Below are positions 17,432 through 28,100 of a stretch of DNA of 35,230 nt, piece after piece. A program made the translations under genes and the position numbers. The number at the start of each line of letters is the position of its first letter. Position 1 is the stretch's first letter. The stretch is from Alphaproteobacteria bacterium (GTDB lineage: Bacteria; Pseudomonadota; Alphaproteobacteria; UBA828). A model generated the notes under the pieces. It was given only the letters and a program-made list of their open reading frames with translations, did no database searches and was not told where the DNA came from. The stretch is from positions 1-35,230 of the forward strand of contig CAXXMU010000010.1 of NCBI GenBank assembly GCA_963667785.2. Reading direction: 5' to 3'.

Positions 17432-18622
17432 ATGACCCGCTCCGGCGCCCGCGACGTGGCGCTCCTTGCCGCCTGCCAGGCGCTCTTCCTCACCTCGATG
17501 GCAGCGGTGGTGGCCGCGGCCGCCCTGGTCGGGCACGGCCTCGCCGATACAAAGGTGCTGGCGACGCTCCCCATCGGCATCCAGTTCGTGATGACGATGG
17601 TGGCGACCGTGCCGGCATCGCTTCTCATGAAGCGCATCGGGCGGCGCGACGGCTTCACCGTGGGTGCCAGCATCGGGCTCGTCGGCGCGCTGCTCGGCTT
17701 CTGGGCGATCATGGAGGGGAGCTTCACTCTCTTCTGCGTGGCGCTTGCGCTGATCGGCGCGGCCAACGGCTTCGCCCAGTACTACCGTTTCGCTGCGGCG
17801 GACGCGGCGAGCGAGGCCTTCAGGAGCCGCGCGATCTCGCTGGTGCTGGCGGGCGGCGTGATCGCTTCGGTCGGCCCCCTACTCGCCGACTGGTCCAAGG
17901 ACCTGTTCGCGCCGATCGCCTTCGCGGGCGTCTTCACCACCATGGCCGCGCTCTACGTGGCCACGCTGGTGGTGCTGCGCTTCATCACAATCCCGCCGCC
18001 GGACGCGGAGGAGCGCAGCAAGGGGGGCCGGCCGCTGCTCACGATCATGCGCCAGCCGACGTTCATCATCGCCGTCCTGGGCTCTCTCGTCGGCTACGCG
18101 ATGATGTCGCTGCTTATGACCGCGACGCCGCTCGCCATGAAGTTCCACGGCTTTGGCTTCTCCGATTCGGCGCAGACGATCCAGTGGCACGTGCTCGGCA
18201 TGTTCGCGCCCGCCTTCGTCACCGGCCATCTGATCAGGCGTTTCGGCACGAAGACGATCATGGCGTGCGGCGCGCTGCTGATCGGGCTCTGCGCCGCGAC
18301 CAACCTGCAGGGCATCGCGCTGCTCAACTTCCACGTCGCCCTGGTCCTGCTGGGCGTCGGCTGGAACTTCCTCTTCACCGGCGGCACGACACTCATAACC
18401 GAGATTCACAGCCCGGCGGAGAAGGCGAAGACTCAGGCCGCGCACGACTTCACCGTGTTCACCGGTGTCGCGGCGGCGGCGCTGCTCTCCGGCGCGCTGC
18501 ACGAGGCCGTGGGCTGGCAGACGATGAACTACGCCGTGCTGCCGTTCCTTGCCATCGTGCTGGCGGGGCTCGCCTGGCTCGGGCTCAGCGGCCGCCGCGC
18601 CGCGGCGACGGCGGCGGAGTGA
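17432..18622 (+). CDS. MFS transporter (RfnT-like)
   Basis: About 12 hydrophobic segments; MKRIGRRDGF motif A-like, YYRFAAAD, TPLAM, IQWHVLGMFAP and GWNFLF motifs. Confidence 0.85.
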   Translation: MTRSGARDVALLAACQALFLTSMAAVVAAAALVGHGLADTKVLATLPIGIQFVMTMVATVPASLLMKRIGRRDGFTVGASIGLVGALLGFWAIMEGSFTLFCVALALIGAANGFAQYYRFAAADAASEAFRSRAISLVLAGGVIASVGPLLADWSKDLFAPIAFAGVFTTMAALYVATLVVLRFITIPPPDAEERSKGGRPLLTIMRQPTFIIAVLGSLVGYAMMSLLMTATPLAMKFHGFGFSDSAQTIQWHVLGMFAPAFVTGHLIRRFGTKTIMACGALLIGLCAATNLQGIALLNFHVALVLLGVGWNFLFTGGTTLITEIHSPAEKAKTQAAHDFTVFTGVAAAALLSGALHEAVGWQTMNYAVLPFLAIVLAGLAWLGLSGRRAAATAAE

Positions 18623-18647
18623 CGCCCCGGCCGCCGACTACAGGAGT

Positions 18648-18893
18648 CTAACCACCGCCGATGCGGGGCAGGAAGCAGACCTCGCTCTCAGGCGCCACCG
18701 GGGCGAACAGGTCGTCCTGATGGATCTGGCCGTCGACGGCGACGGCCATGCCCTCCTCCAGCTCGCGCCCGATGCCCGCATAGCGGGCGTCGAGCGCGCG
18801 GATCACGCCGCGAATGTCGCTCGCCTCGACCTCGAGCTCCTTCACCCCGCCGGTGTAGCGGGCGAGGCTCGAGGGCAGGACGACCTGCGCCAA
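18648..18893 (-). CDS. MoaD/ThiS-family sulfur carrier
   Basis: 81-aa ubiquitin-like protein ending LPRIGGG; TTG start 5 nt after the molybdoprotein stop. Confidence 0.8.
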   Translation of the reverse strand: MAQVVLPSSLARYTGGVKELEVEASDIRGVIRALDARYAGIGRELEEGMAVAVDGQIHQDDLFAPVAPESEVCFLPRIGGG

Positions 18894-18898
18894 GGCGC

Positions 18899-21202
18899 TC
18901 AGGCGCCGCCGTTGGCCCCGCCGTTGTCCATCGCCTCCAGGAGCCTGGGCGGCGACATCGGCAGGTCGGTCATGCGCACGCCGGTCGCGTTCTCGATCGC
19001 GTTGGCGACCGCCGCCATGGGCGGCACGATCGGCGTCTCGCCGACACCACGCACGCCGTAGGGGTGGTTCGGGTTGGGCACCTCGACGATGACCGCGTCA
19101 ATCATCGGCAGGTCCGAGGCCACGGGCATGCGGTAGTCGAGGAAGCCCGGATTCTCGAGGCGACCATCCTTGTCGTAGATGTACTCCTCGTTGAGCGCCC
19201 AGCCGATGCCCTGGGCGGCGCCGCCCTGGATCTGGCCTTCGACGTAGCTCGGATGCACCGCCTTGCCGGCGTCTTGTACGGCGGTGTAGCGGAGCACGGT
19301 GACGCGCCCGGTCTCGCGGTCCACCTCCACGTCGCAGACATGGGTGCCGAAGCCCGGCCCGGCGCCTTGCGCGTTGATCGACGCGGTCGCCGCGATGGGG
19401 CCACCGGTCTTGCCGGCCTGGGCCGCGATCTCGGCCATGCTCATGGGCTCGAACTCGCCGGCGTTGCTGCCCGACGGCTTGGCGTAGCCGTCCTCCCACG
19501 CCACGGCGTCGACCGGGATGTCCCAGATCTTGGCGGCGCGCCCGCGCAGCTCGGCCACGACCTTGCCCGCCGCCTCGATCGCCGCCATGCCGGTGGCGAA
19601 GGTGACGCGGCTGCCGCCAGTGAGGAAGGTGTAGCCGATGGAGTCCGTGTCGGCGACCAGCGGGCGCACTCGCTCCGGCGGGATGCCGAGGGCCTCCGCC
19701 GCCTGCAACTGGATCGAGGCGCGCGAGCCGCCGATGTCGGGGTTGCCCTCGATCACCGTCGCCGTGCCGTCCTCGTTCACGTTGATGGTGGCGCAGGATT
19801 CGCCGCCGATGTTGAACCAGAAGCCGGTGGCGATGCCGCGGCCCTGGTTGGGGCCGAGCGGCGTCCTGTAGTGCTCGCTGCTGCGCGCGGCCTCCAGCGT
19901 CTCGATGCAGCCGACGGGCCCGAACTTGGGGCCGTAGAGGGCGCGCGTGCCCTCCTTCGCCGCGTTCATCAGGCGGAACTCGGCCGGGTCGATGCCGAGC
20001 TTCTTCGCAAGCTCGTCGACCACGCCTTCGGACGCGAACTCGGAGATCGGCGCGCCCGGCGCGCGGTAGGCGGCGACCTTGGGCCGGTTCACCACCACGT
20101 CGTAGCCCTCGACCTCGGCGTGCTCGATGTCGTAGGGGGCGAAGACGCACATGCAGCCCGGCCCGATCGGCGAGCCCGGGAAGGCGCCGGCCTGATAGGC
20201 GAGCCATGCCTTGGCCGCGGTGATCTTGCCGTCCCTGGTGGCGCCCATCTTGATCGTCATGGCGCCGCCCGAGGTCGGCCCGCTGGCGCGGAAGACCTCC
20301 TCCCGCGACATCACCATCTTGACTGGCCGGCCGGCAAGCTGCGACAGCCTGAGCGCGATCGGCTCGAGATAGACCACGGTCTTGCCGCCGAAGCCCCCGC
20401 CGATCTCCGACGGCGTGACGTTGATCTTGCCGATGTCGATGCCGAGCAGGTTGGCGCAGTAGGCGCGCACGGTGAACTGCCCCTGGGTGCAGCACCAGAC
20501 TTCGCACTGGCCGTCCTCGCCGGCGCTGGCGACCACCGCATGGGGCTCGATGTAGCCCTGATGCACGGGCTTGGTGGTGAACGTGCGCTCGACGATCACG
20601 TCGGCCTCGCCGAATCCCTTCTCCACGTCGCCGGTCGAGAACTCGACCTTCTTGAAGACGTTGGAGGGAGTCTCCGGCGTGGGCTCCACGCCCTCGGTGA
20701 ACATGTCGTCGTGCAGCACGGGCGCGTCCGGCTTCATCGCCTCGCGCACGTCGATCACGTGCGGCAGCACCTCGTAGTCCACCTCGATCAGGTCCAGGGC
20801 CTGCTTGGCGATGGCTTGTGAGGTCGCCGCCACGGCGGCCACGGCATGGCCGTCATAGAGCGCCTTCTCCCGCGCCATCACGTTCTGCGACATGTCGCGG
20901 TAGTTGACCGCCACCTCGCCCGCCGGCACCCACTGGTTGGGGATGTCCGGCAGCTCGTCGCGGGTGACGACGGCCTTCACGCCCGCCAGCGCGCGGGCCT
21001 TCGAGGTATCGATGGAGCGGATGCGCGCGTGCGCGTGGGGGCTGCGGAGCACCCGGCCCACCAGCATGCCCGGCAGCGAGATGTCCGCGCCGAACTTGGC
21101 CCGGCCGGTCACCTTGTCGACGCCGTCCGGGCGCCACGGCCGGGTGCCGACGTACTTGAGCGAGCCGTTGCCGTTACCGATCTCCTGCTTGGCGGTTGCC
21201 AT
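18899..21202 (-). CDS. Xanthine dehydrogenase-family molybdopterin-binding (large) subunit
   Basis: DKVTGRA, RSPHAHARI, YIEPH, GGGFGGK, AYRAPG, GQIQGG..QGIG and GVGE motifs. Confidence 0.93.
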   Translation of the reverse strand: MATAKQEIGNGNGSLKYVGTRPWRPDGVDKVTGRAKFGADISLPGMLVGRVLRSPHAHARIRSIDTSKARALAGVKAVVTRDELPDIPNQWVPAGEVAVNYRDMSQNVMAREKALYDGHAVAAVAATSQAIAKQALDLIEVDYEVLPHVIDVREAMKPDAPVLHDDMFTEGVEPTPETPSNVFKKVEFSTGDVEKGFGEADVIVERTFTTKPVHQGYIEPHAVVASAGEDGQCEVWCCTQGQFTVRAYCANLLGIDIGKINVTPSEIGGGFGGKTVVYLEPIALRLSQLAGRPVKMVMSREEVFRASGPTSGGAMTIKMGATRDGKITAAKAWLAYQAGAFPGSPIGPGCMCVFAPYDIEHAEVEGYDVVVNRPKVAAYRAPGAPISEFASEGVVDELAKKLGIDPAEFRLMNAAKEGTRALYGPKFGPVGCIETLEAARSSEHYRTPLGPNQGRGIATGFWFNIGGESCATINVNEDGTATVIEGNPDIGGSRASIQLQAAEALGIPPERVRPLVADTDSIGYTFLTGGSRVTFATGMAAIEAAGKVVAELRGRAAKIWDIPVDAVAWEDGYAKPSGSNAGEFEPMSMAEIAAQAGKTGGPIAATASINAQGAGPGFGTHVCDVEVDRETGRVTVLRYTAVQDAGKAVHPSYVEGQIQGGAAQGIGWALNEEYIYDKDGRLENPGFLDYRMPVASDLPMIDAVIVEVPNPNHPYGVRGVGETPIVPPMAAVANAIENATGVRMTDLPMSPPRLLEAMDNGGANGGA

Positions 21203-21205
21203 GGG

Positions 21206-21682
21206 TTATTCTCCTCTCAGCTCGGCCGCCGTCGTCATCACGGCGCGGATGATCTTGTCGTAGCCGGTGCAGCGGCAGAGATTGCCGGCCAGCCAGTAGC
21301 GTGCCTCGGTCTCCGTCGGATTGGGGTTCTCCTCCAGGAGCGCCTTGGCGGCGACCAGGAAGCCCGGCGTGCAGACGCCGCACTGCAGCGCCGCGTCCTC
21401 CAGGAACTGGCGCTGCAGCGGGTGCAGCGTCTCGCCCTCCGCCATGCCTTCGATGGTGCCGATCTCGCGGCCCTCGGCCTCGGTGCCGAGCATGAGGCAG
21501 GAGCAGACGAGGGTGCCGTCCACGGTCACGCTGCAGGCGCCGCAGTCGCCGGTGGCGCAGCCTTCCTTCGTGCCGGTGAGCTCGAGCTCGTCGCGCAGCA
21601 CGTCGAGGAGGGTCTGCTCGCCCGAGCAGAGGAACTCCGTCGGCTCGCCGTTGATGCTGGTGGTGACATGATACTTGGCCAT
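21206..21682 (-). CDS. Xanthine dehydrogenase-family 2Fe-2S (small) subunit
   Basis: Starts [12 protein letters not shown] with a TGATG overlap. GTKEGCATGDCGAC, QCGVCTPG and GNLCRCTGY motifs. Confidence 0.93.
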   Translation of the reverse strand: MAKYHVTTSINGEPTEFLCSGEQTLLDVLRDELELTGTKEGCATGDCGACSVTVDGTLVCSCLMLGTEAEGREIGTIEGMAEGETLHPLQRQFLEDAALQCGVCTPGFLVAAKALLEENPNPTETEARYWLAGNLCRCTGYDKIIRAVMTTAAELRGE

Positions 21683-22554
21683 CAGCCGTTGCTCCTCGCT
21701 CGCTCGAGGGCGATGAGCGCGGCCCGCCTGGCCAGCACCCCCGCCACCTTGACCCGGTATTCGATAGTTCCGCGCTTGTCGTCGATGGGATTGCACGCGG
21801 CGCTCGCGGCCGCCGCGAGGTTGGCCAGCGCGTCGTCGTCCACCTTCGTGCCGATCAGCGCCTTCGCGCCGTCCTCCACCAGCAGCGGGCGGGGCGCGAC
21901 CGCGCCCAGGCCGAGCCTCGCGTGCGTGCAGACGCCCGCATCGTCCAGCGTGAGCGCGACGCCGGCGCCGACCACGGCGATGTCCATCTCCGTGCGCGGG
22001 ATGAAGCGCAGGTAGGCATCGCCCGAGCGGGGCGGCGGCTTCGGCATGACGAACGAGACCACGATCTCGCCTGCGCCGAGGGAAAGCTGGCCGGGGCCCG
22101 TCACCACGTCCTCCACCGGCACCGAGCGGGTGCCGCCGGGGCCTGCGATCTCGCACACGGCGCCGGCCGCGATCAGCGCGGGCACGCTGTCGGCGGCAGG
22201 CGAGCCGTTGCAGAGGTTGCCGCCGAGCGAGGCGCGGCCCTGGATCTGGGTCGAGCCGATCAGCTCCAGCGCTTCCACCACGCCGGGCCACGCGGCCTTC
22301 ACGGCCTCGTTCTTGCCGAGCGTCGCGCCGGAGACGGCCGCGCCGACGCGGATCTCGTCGCCGTTCGCCGTCACGTCCATGAGCGCCGGGATGCGCTTCA
22401 GATCGACGATCAGACCCGGCCGAACGAAGTCCGTGCGCAGCTGAACCAGGAGGTCGGTGCCGCCGGCGAGCGGCTTGGCTTCGCCGTCGGCGTCAGCGAG
22501 AAGCCGGACGGCGTCGTCCACCGTCTCGGGCGCCTCGAATCGTAGGCTGGTCAT
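21682..22554 (-). CDS. Xanthine dehydrogenase-family FAD-binding (medium) subunit
   Basis: [32 protein letters not shown] and [12 protein letters not shown] motifs. Confidence 0.93.
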   Translation of the reverse strand: MTSLRFEAPETVDDAVRLLADADGEAKPLAGGTDLLVQLRTDFVRPGLIVDLKRIPALMDVTANGDEIRVGAAVSGATLGKNEAVKAAWPGVVEALELIGSTQIQGRASLGGNLCNGSPAADSVPALIAAGAVCEIAGPGGTRSVPVEDVVTGPGQLSLGAGEIVVSFVMPKPPPRSGDAYLRFIPRTEMDIAVVGAGVALTLDDAGVCTHARLGLGAVAPRPLLVEDGAKALIGTKVDDDALANLAAAASAACNPIDDKRGTIEYRVKVAGVLARRAALIALERARSNG

Positions 22555-22732
22555 GTGCGAGGGGTTCCTCCTGTTGGCGCAGCACCGTGTTGGCGCCCTC
22601 TTTTACCCGAAAAGCCCGGAAGGTTCACAGGGGCAAAATGGCCGCGCACATCGCTGTTACACAAGGCGCGCGCGGCGTGGCACTATCCGGGTGCGCGACG
22701 CTGCGAGCGCCGGAGAGTGGGAGCCCAGCGCC

Positions 22733-24877
22733 ATGACCGATTCCGCCGACAAGACGCCTGCCGACTGGGAGGCGCTCGCCGCGGCCGAGCTCAAGGGCGG
22801 CGACCCGGCCGGGCTCGCGTGGGAGACGCCGGAAGGCATCACGGTCAAGCCGCTCTACACCGCAGCCGACCTGGAGGCGTTGGAGGACCAGCCGGGGCTG
22901 CCGGGCTTCGCGCCCTTCACGCGGGGCGTGCGCGCCACGATGTTCGCCAACCGGCCGTGGACGATCCGTCAGTACGCGGGCTTCGCCACCGCCGAGGAGA
23001 GCAACGCCTTCTACAGGCGCAACCTCGCCGCCGGCCAGAAGGGGCTCTCCGTCGCCTTCGACCTCGCGACCCACCGGGGCTACGACAGCGACCATCCGCG
23101 TGTGCGCGGCGACGTGGGCAAGGCGGGCGTCGCCATCGACACCGTGGAAGACATGAAGCGGCTCTTCGACGGCATTCCGCTCGGCGAGGTCAGCGTGTCC
23201 ATGACCATGAACGGCGCCGTGCTGCCGGTGCTGGCCGCCTACGTCGTCGCGGCGGAAGAGCAGGGCGTCGGGCCGGAGAAGCTGGCCGGGACCATCCAGA
23301 ACGACATCCTCAAGGAATTCATGGTCCGCAACACCTACATCTACCCGCCCGAGCCCAGCATGCGGATCGTGGCCGACATCATCGCGTATACCGCGCAAAA
23401 CATGCCGCGCTTCAACTCGATCTCGATCTCCGGCTACCACATGCAGGAGGCCGGGGCGACGCTGGTGCAGGAGCTGGGATTCACGCTCGCCGACGGGCTC
23501 GACTACGTGCGGGCCGCGCTCTCGCGCGGGCTCGCGATCGACGATTTCGCGCCCCGGCTCTCGTTCTTCTTCTGCATCGGCATGAACTTCTTCATGGAGG
23601 TGGCGAAGCTGCGCGCGGCCCGGCTGCTCTGGGCCGGGTTCATGCAGGGGTTCGAGGCCAAGGACCCGCGCTCGCTCATGCTCAGGACCCACTGTCAGAC
23701 CTCCGGCGTCTCGCTGGCCGAGCAGGACCCCTACAACAACGTGGTCCGCACCGCCTACGAGGCGATGGCGGCGGTGCTCGGCGGCACCCAGTCGCTGCAT
23801 ACCAACGCGCTGGACGAGGCGGTGGCGCTGCCCACCGACTTTTCGGCCCGGATTGCGCGCAACACCCAGCTCATCCTGCAGCACGAGACCGGCGTGCCCC
23901 GCGTGGTGGACCCGCTGGGCGGCTCCTACTACGTCGAAGCGCTCACCGCGTCGCTCGCGCGCGAAGCATCGGCGCTGATCGACGAGGTGGAGGCGCTGGG
24001 CGGCATGACCAAGGCGGTGGCCGCCGGCATGCCCAAGCTGCGCATCGAGGAGGCCGCCGCGCGCCGCCAGGCGCGGCTCGACCGGGGCGAGGACGTGGTG
24101 GTCGGCGTCAACCGCTACCAGACGGATGCGGACGACATGCCTGCCCTGCTCGACGTGGACAACCACGCCGTGCGCGAGGCGCAGATTGCCCGCATCGCCG
24201 AGGTCCGCGCCGGGCGGGACGACGCAGCCTGCCGGGCGGCGCTGGAGCGCCTGACCGACGCCGCCGCCGGGGACGGCAACCTGCTCGCGCTCACGGTGGA
24301 CGCCGTGCGCGCCAGGGCGACGGTGGGCGAGGTCTCCGACGCGCTCGAAGCGGCGTTCACCCGCCACCGGGCGACCGTGCGCACGGTCTCCGGGGTCTAC
24401 GGCGCGGCCTACGCGCAGGACGACGCCTTCCAGACCATCCGCCGCGAGACCGCGCTGTTCGCCGAGGTCGAGGGCCGCAGGCCCCGCATCCTCGTGGTCA
24501 AGCTCGGCCAGGACGGGCACGACCGCGGCGCCAAGGTGATCGCGACGGCGTTCGCCGACATCGGCTTCGACGTCGATATCGGCCCGCTCTTCCAGACTCC
24601 CGACGAGGCCGCCCGCGACGCGCTGGAGAACGACGTGCACGTGGTCGGCGTCTCCAGCCAGGCGGCCGGGCACAAGACGCTGGTGCCGGAACTGGTGGCG
24701 GCGCTGCGCGACGCCGGCGCGGGCCACGTGGTGGTGGTGTGCGGCGGGGTGATTCCGCCGCAGGACCACGATTTCCTGCACGAGGCCGGCGTCGCCGCCG
24801 TCTACGGCCCCGGCACCAACATCCCGGCCGCGGCGCAGGACATCATGGCGCTGATCCGCCGCCCCGAGGCCGCGTAG
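22733..24877 (+). CDS. scpA: Methylmalonyl-CoA mutase (AdoCbl-dependent)
   Basis: Starts MTDSADKT at ATG 22733. WTIRQYAGF (Tyr specificity residue), [20 protein letters not shown] and B12 motif [10 protein letters not shown]. Confidence 0.95.
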   Translation: MTDSADKTPADWEALAAAELKGGDPAGLAWETPEGITVKPLYTAADLEALEDQPGLPGFAPFTRGVRATMFANRPWTIRQYAGFATAEESNAFYRRNLAAGQKGLSVAFDLATHRGYDSDHPRVRGDVGKAGVAIDTVEDMKRLFDGIPLGEVSVSMTMNGAVLPVLAAYVVAAEEQGVGPEKLAGTIQNDILKEFMVRNTYIYPPEPSMRIVADIIAYTAQNMPRFNSISISGYHMQEAGATLVQELGFTLADGLDYVRAALSRGLAIDDFAPRLSFFFCIGMNFFMEVAKLRAARLLWAGFMQGFEAKDPRSLMLRTHCQTSGVSLAEQDPYNNVVRTAYEAMAAVLGGTQSLHTNALDEAVALPTDFSARIARNTQLILQHETGVPRVVDPLGGSYYVEALTASLAREASALIDEVEALGGMTKAVAAGMPKLRIEEAAARRQARLDRGEDVVVGVNRYQTDADDMPALLDVDNHAVREAQIARIAEVRAGRDDAACRAALERLTDAAAGDGNLLALTVDAVRARATVGEVSDALEAAFTRHRATVRTVSGVYGAAYAQDDAFQTIRRETALFAEVEGRRPRILVVKLGQDGHDRGAKVIATAFADIGFDVDIGPLFQTPDEAARDALENDVHVVGVSSQAAGHKTLVPELVAALRDAGAGHVVVVCGGVIPPQDHDFLHEAGVAAVYGPGTNIPAAAQDIMALIRRPEAA

Positions 24878-24899
24878 CGCCTCTCCCTCTCCGGCGGCA

Positions 24900-24928
24900 T
24901 TTGAACCGCCGCCGCTTCGTGCTTATGT
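24900..24928 (+). promoter_or_regulatory. Possible RpoH/sigma70-like promoter for the atm1-meaB pair
   Basis: TTTGAA-N16-CTTATGT in the 117-nt gap between the mutase and the ABC transporter. Confidence 0.3.
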
Positions 24929-24994
24929 GAGACGCGCACGTAACGTGCCCGGAGCCCTGCCGCCGGCGGGGCCAGCCATCAGAACCACGGCCCC

Positions 24995-26887
24995 ATGGTT
25001 GCTCTCGATCGCGAGGCCCGCGAGCCCGCCAGGGCAGAACGCTCGCACCTGCACACCATCCGCACGCTGCTGCCCTACCTCTGGCCGCGCGATTCGCTGG
25101 AGATGCGCGGCCGGGTGGTGCTCGCGGTCATCCTCCTCGTCGGCGCCAAGGTGGCCAACGTCTACGTGCCCATCCTCTACAAGGACGCGGTCGACATCCT
25201 GTCGGACGGCACGACGGCGGTCATCGTCGTGCCGGTGGCGATCCTGCTCGCCTACGGCGCGCTCAGGGTGCTCACGGTCGCCTTCGGCGAGTTCAGGGAC
25301 GCCGTCTTCGCCAAGGTGGGCGAGCGCGCGATCCGCACCGTGGCGCTGCAGGTCTTCAACCACCTGCACGAGCTTTCGCTCCGCTACCACATCGAGCGGC
25401 GCACCGGCGGGCTCAGCCGCGCCATCGAGCGCGGCATCAAGGGCATCGAGTTCCTGCTCACCTTCATGCTGTTCAACATCCTGCCGACCCTGGTGGAGGT
25501 CACCATGGTCTGCGGCATCCTCTGGGTCCTCTACGGCATCAGTTACGCGGCGGTGACCTTCGTCACCATCGGGCTCTTCATCGCGTTTACGCTCACGGTC
25601 ACCGAGTGGCGCCTGAAGTACCGGCGCCGCATGAACGAGAAGGACAGCGAGGCCAACACCAAGGCCATCGACAGCCTGCTCAACTACGAGACGGTCAAAT
25701 ATTTCGGCAACGAGATGCACGAGGCGGAGCGCTTCGACGTCTCCCGCCGGCAGTACGAGCGTGCCGCGGTCCAGAGCAAGACCAGCCTCTCGCTGCTGAA
25801 CATCGGCCAGGGGCTCATCATCGCCACCGGGCTCACCGGCATCACGATCATGGCCGGCTACGAGGTCGCCGCCGGCACCATGACCATCGGCGACTTCGTG
25901 CTGGTGAACACGTATCTGCTGCAACTCTACATCCCGCTCAACTTCCTGGGCTTCGTCTATCGCGAGATCAAGCAGTCGCTCACCGACATGGAATCGATGT
26001 TCGTCATCCTCAAGGTGGAGCGCGAGATCGAGGACGCGCCGGACGCGCCGCCGCTCGACGTCACCGCCGGCGCCATCGAGTTCGAGGACGTGCGCTTCCG
26101 CTACGAGGAACGCCGCGGCATCCTCGACGGCATCTCGTTCAGCGTGCCTCCCGGCACGACCACCGCCATCGTGGGCGCGAGCGGCGCCGGCAAGTCGACC
26201 GTCTCGCGCATCCTCTTCCGCTTCTACGACATCGAGTCCGGCAGCGTCAGGATCGACGGCCAGGACGTGCGCGAGGTCACCCAGGAGAGCCTGCGCGCGG
26301 CCATCGGCATCGTTCCGCAGGACACGGTGCTCTTCAACGACACGATCTTCTACAACATCGCCTACGGCCGGCCCGACGCGAGCCGGGAGGAGGTGGAGGA
26401 GGCCGCCAGGCTCGCCCATATCCACGACTTCATCGCTGCGCTCCCCGACGGCTACGAGAGCATGGTGGGAGAACGCGGCCTCAAGCTCTCGGGCGGCGAG
26501 AAGCAGCGGGTGGCGATTGCGCGCACGATCCTCAAGAATCCCCGTATCCTGCTGTTCGACGAGGCCACGTCGGCCCTCGATTCGCAGACCGAGAAGGAGA
26601 TTCAGGCGAGTCTGCGGGAGGTCAGCCGCGACCGCTCCACGCTCATGATCGCGCACCGCCTTTCCACGGTCATCGACGCCGACCAGATCCTCGTGCTGGA
26701 CGCGGGCCGCATCGTCGAGCGCGGCCGCCACGCGGAGCTGCTGGTGCGGGACGGCCGCTACGCCGAGATGTGGTGGCGCCAGCAGGAGACCGCCGAGCTG
26801 AGGGAGGAGCTGGAGCAGAAGCTCGCCGACGAGCAAGACCGCGCCGGGGAGGCGACGGCCGTGGCCGAGGAGACCCCGACGCCATGA
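24995..26887 (+). CDS. atm1: Atm1/ABCB7-type ABC half-transporter (permease + ATPase)
   Basis: TGGLSRAIERG, DSLLNYETVKYF, PLNFLGFVYRE, Walker A GASGAGKST, signature LSGGEKQR and Walker B LLFDEATS. Confidence 0.92.
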   Translation: MVALDREAREPARAERSHLHTIRTLLPYLWPRDSLEMRGRVVLAVILLVGAKVANVYVPILYKDAVDILSDGTTAVIVVPVAILLAYGALRVLTVAFGEFRDAVFAKVGERAIRTVALQVFNHLHELSLRYHIERRTGGLSRAIERGIKGIEFLLTFMLFNILPTLVEVTMVCGILWVLYGISYAAVTFVTIGLFIAFTLTVTEWRLKYRRRMNEKDSEANTKAIDSLLNYETVKYFGNEMHEAERFDVSRRQYERAAVQSKTSLSLLNIGQGLIIATGLTGITIMAGYEVAAGTMTIGDFVLVNTYLLQLYIPLNFLGFVYREIKQSLTDMESMFVILKVEREIEDAPDAPPLDVTAGAIEFEDVRFRYEERRGILDGISFSVPPGTTTAIVGASGAGKSTVSRILFRFYDIESGSVRIDGQDVREVTQESLRAAIGIVPQDTVLFNDTIFYNIAYGRPDASREEVEEAARLAHIHDFIAALPDGYESMVGERGLKLSGGEKQRVAIARTILKNPRILLFDEATSALDSQTEKEIQASLREVSRDRSTLMIAHRLSTVIDADQILVLDAGRIVERGRHAELLVRDGRYAEMWWRQQETAELREELEQKLADEQDRAGEATAVAEETPTP

Positions 26888-27882
26888 GCGCGCGCACGCA
26901 GGGCGCCGACGGCCCGGTGCCGCCGGTGGCGGACATCCTCGCGGGCGACCGCCGCGCGCTGGCCGCCACGATCACCCTGGTCGAATCGACGCGGGAGGAG
27001 GACCGCGAGCCGGCCGAAGACCTGCTGCAAGCCCTGCTGGCGCACGCGGGCAAGGCGGTCCGCCTCGGCATCTCGGGCGCGCCTGGCGTGGGCAAGTCGA
27101 CCTTCATCGAGGCCTTCGGCACTCGCGCCATCGCGGCCGGCCGCAGGCTCGCGGTGCTCGCGGTCGATCCGTCCAGCGAGCGCTCCGGCGGCTCGATCCT
27201 CGGCGACAAGACGCGCATGCCGGAGCTTGCGCGGAGCGAGCGGAGCTTCATCCGCGCCACCCCTGCCGGCGGCGCGCTCGGCGGCGTCGCCCGGCGCACG
27301 CGCGACGCGATGATCGCCTGCGAGGCGGCGGGCTTCGACCTCGTGATGGTCGAGACCGTTGGCGTTGGCCAGTCCGAGGCCGCCGTCGCCGACATGGTGG
27401 ACCTCTTCATGCTGCTGGTGCAGCCCGGCGCCGGCGACGAGCTGCAGGGCATCAAGCGGGGCGTGATGGAGCGCGCCGATATCGTCGTCGTTACCAAGGC
27501 CGACGGCGCGCTGGCGGCGCCGGCGGCCCACGCCAAGGCGGACTTCGAGGCGGCGCTCTCGCTCCACGCGGGCGAGGGGCCGTGGACGCCCTGCGTCATC
27601 GCGTGCTCGTCCGTGGAAGGGACGGGCCTCGACGAGATCGCGGATGCGGTGGACCGCCACCGGGCGGCGATGGCCGAGGCGGGCGCGCTGGAGGCGAGGC
27701 GTGCCGCCCAGGCGAGGACCTGGCTCTGGCGCGAGGTCGAGGAGTCGCTGATGGCGCGGCTCCGCGCCGACGGCAGGCTGGCAGCGGCGGTCGAAGCGCT
27801 GGAGGCCGAAGTCACTGCGCAGACGCTCACCCCCGCCGCCGCCGCGCGGCGCATCGTCGCCGGCATCCTGAGCCGCGACTGA
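26884..27882 (+). CDS. meaB: Methylmalonyl-CoA mutase-associated GTPase MeaB
   Basis: Starts MSARTQG with an ATGA overlap with atm1. GAPGVGKST, AVDPSS..SGGSILGDKTRM, ETVGVGQSE, GDELQGIKRG and TKAD motifs. Confidence 0.93.
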   Translation: MSARTQGADGPVPPVADILAGDRRALAATITLVESTREEDREPAEDLLQALLAHAGKAVRLGISGAPGVGKSTFIEAFGTRAIAAGRRLAVLAVDPSSERSGGSILGDKTRMPELARSERSFIRATPAGGALGGVARRTRDAMIACEAAGFDLVMVETVGVGQSEAAVADMVDLFMLLVQPGAGDELQGIKRGVMERADIVVVTKADGALAAPAAHAKADFEAALSLHAGEGPWTPCVIACSSVEGTGLDEIADAVDRHRAAMAEAGALEARRAAQARTWLWREVEESLMARLRADGRLAAAVEALEAEVTAQTLTPAAAARRIVAGILSRD

Positions 27883-28022
27883 CCATTTCTCGCTGACGGC
27901 AGCCGGCCGTCGTGCGCTTGCGCGCAGGTAGGCGCGCGTCCGTCAAAATCGGGCGCGCTCGAGCCGGACCGTCCCAGCGCGCTTGCTCGCACGCGCGACG
28001 CGGACGAGGACCGGTCTTCATC

Positions 28023-28100
28023 CCGGGACTGGCCGGGATTCGGTGGGATAAGCGGGATTCCGTGGGATCGAGTGGGACAAGTGGGATTCGGTGGGATGCA
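28023..28100 (+). repeat. Eight phased (G/C)(T/C)GGGA direct repeats with 9-10 nt period (MraZ-box-like)
   Basis: ccgggactgg ccgggattcg gtgggataa gcgggattcc gtgggatcga gtgggacaa gtgggattcg gtgggatgca; spacings 10,10,9,10,10,9,10. Confidence 0.8.

Noticed and set aside
18899-22554. Aerobic CO dehydrogenase (coxMSL)
   Set aside because: The active-site loop is AYRAPG, not AYxCSFR or AYxGAGR, and no coxDEFG accessory genes are present.
28023-28100. CRISPR array or replication iterons
   Set aside because: Units are only 9-10 nt with no unique spacers, and no cas or rep gene is present.
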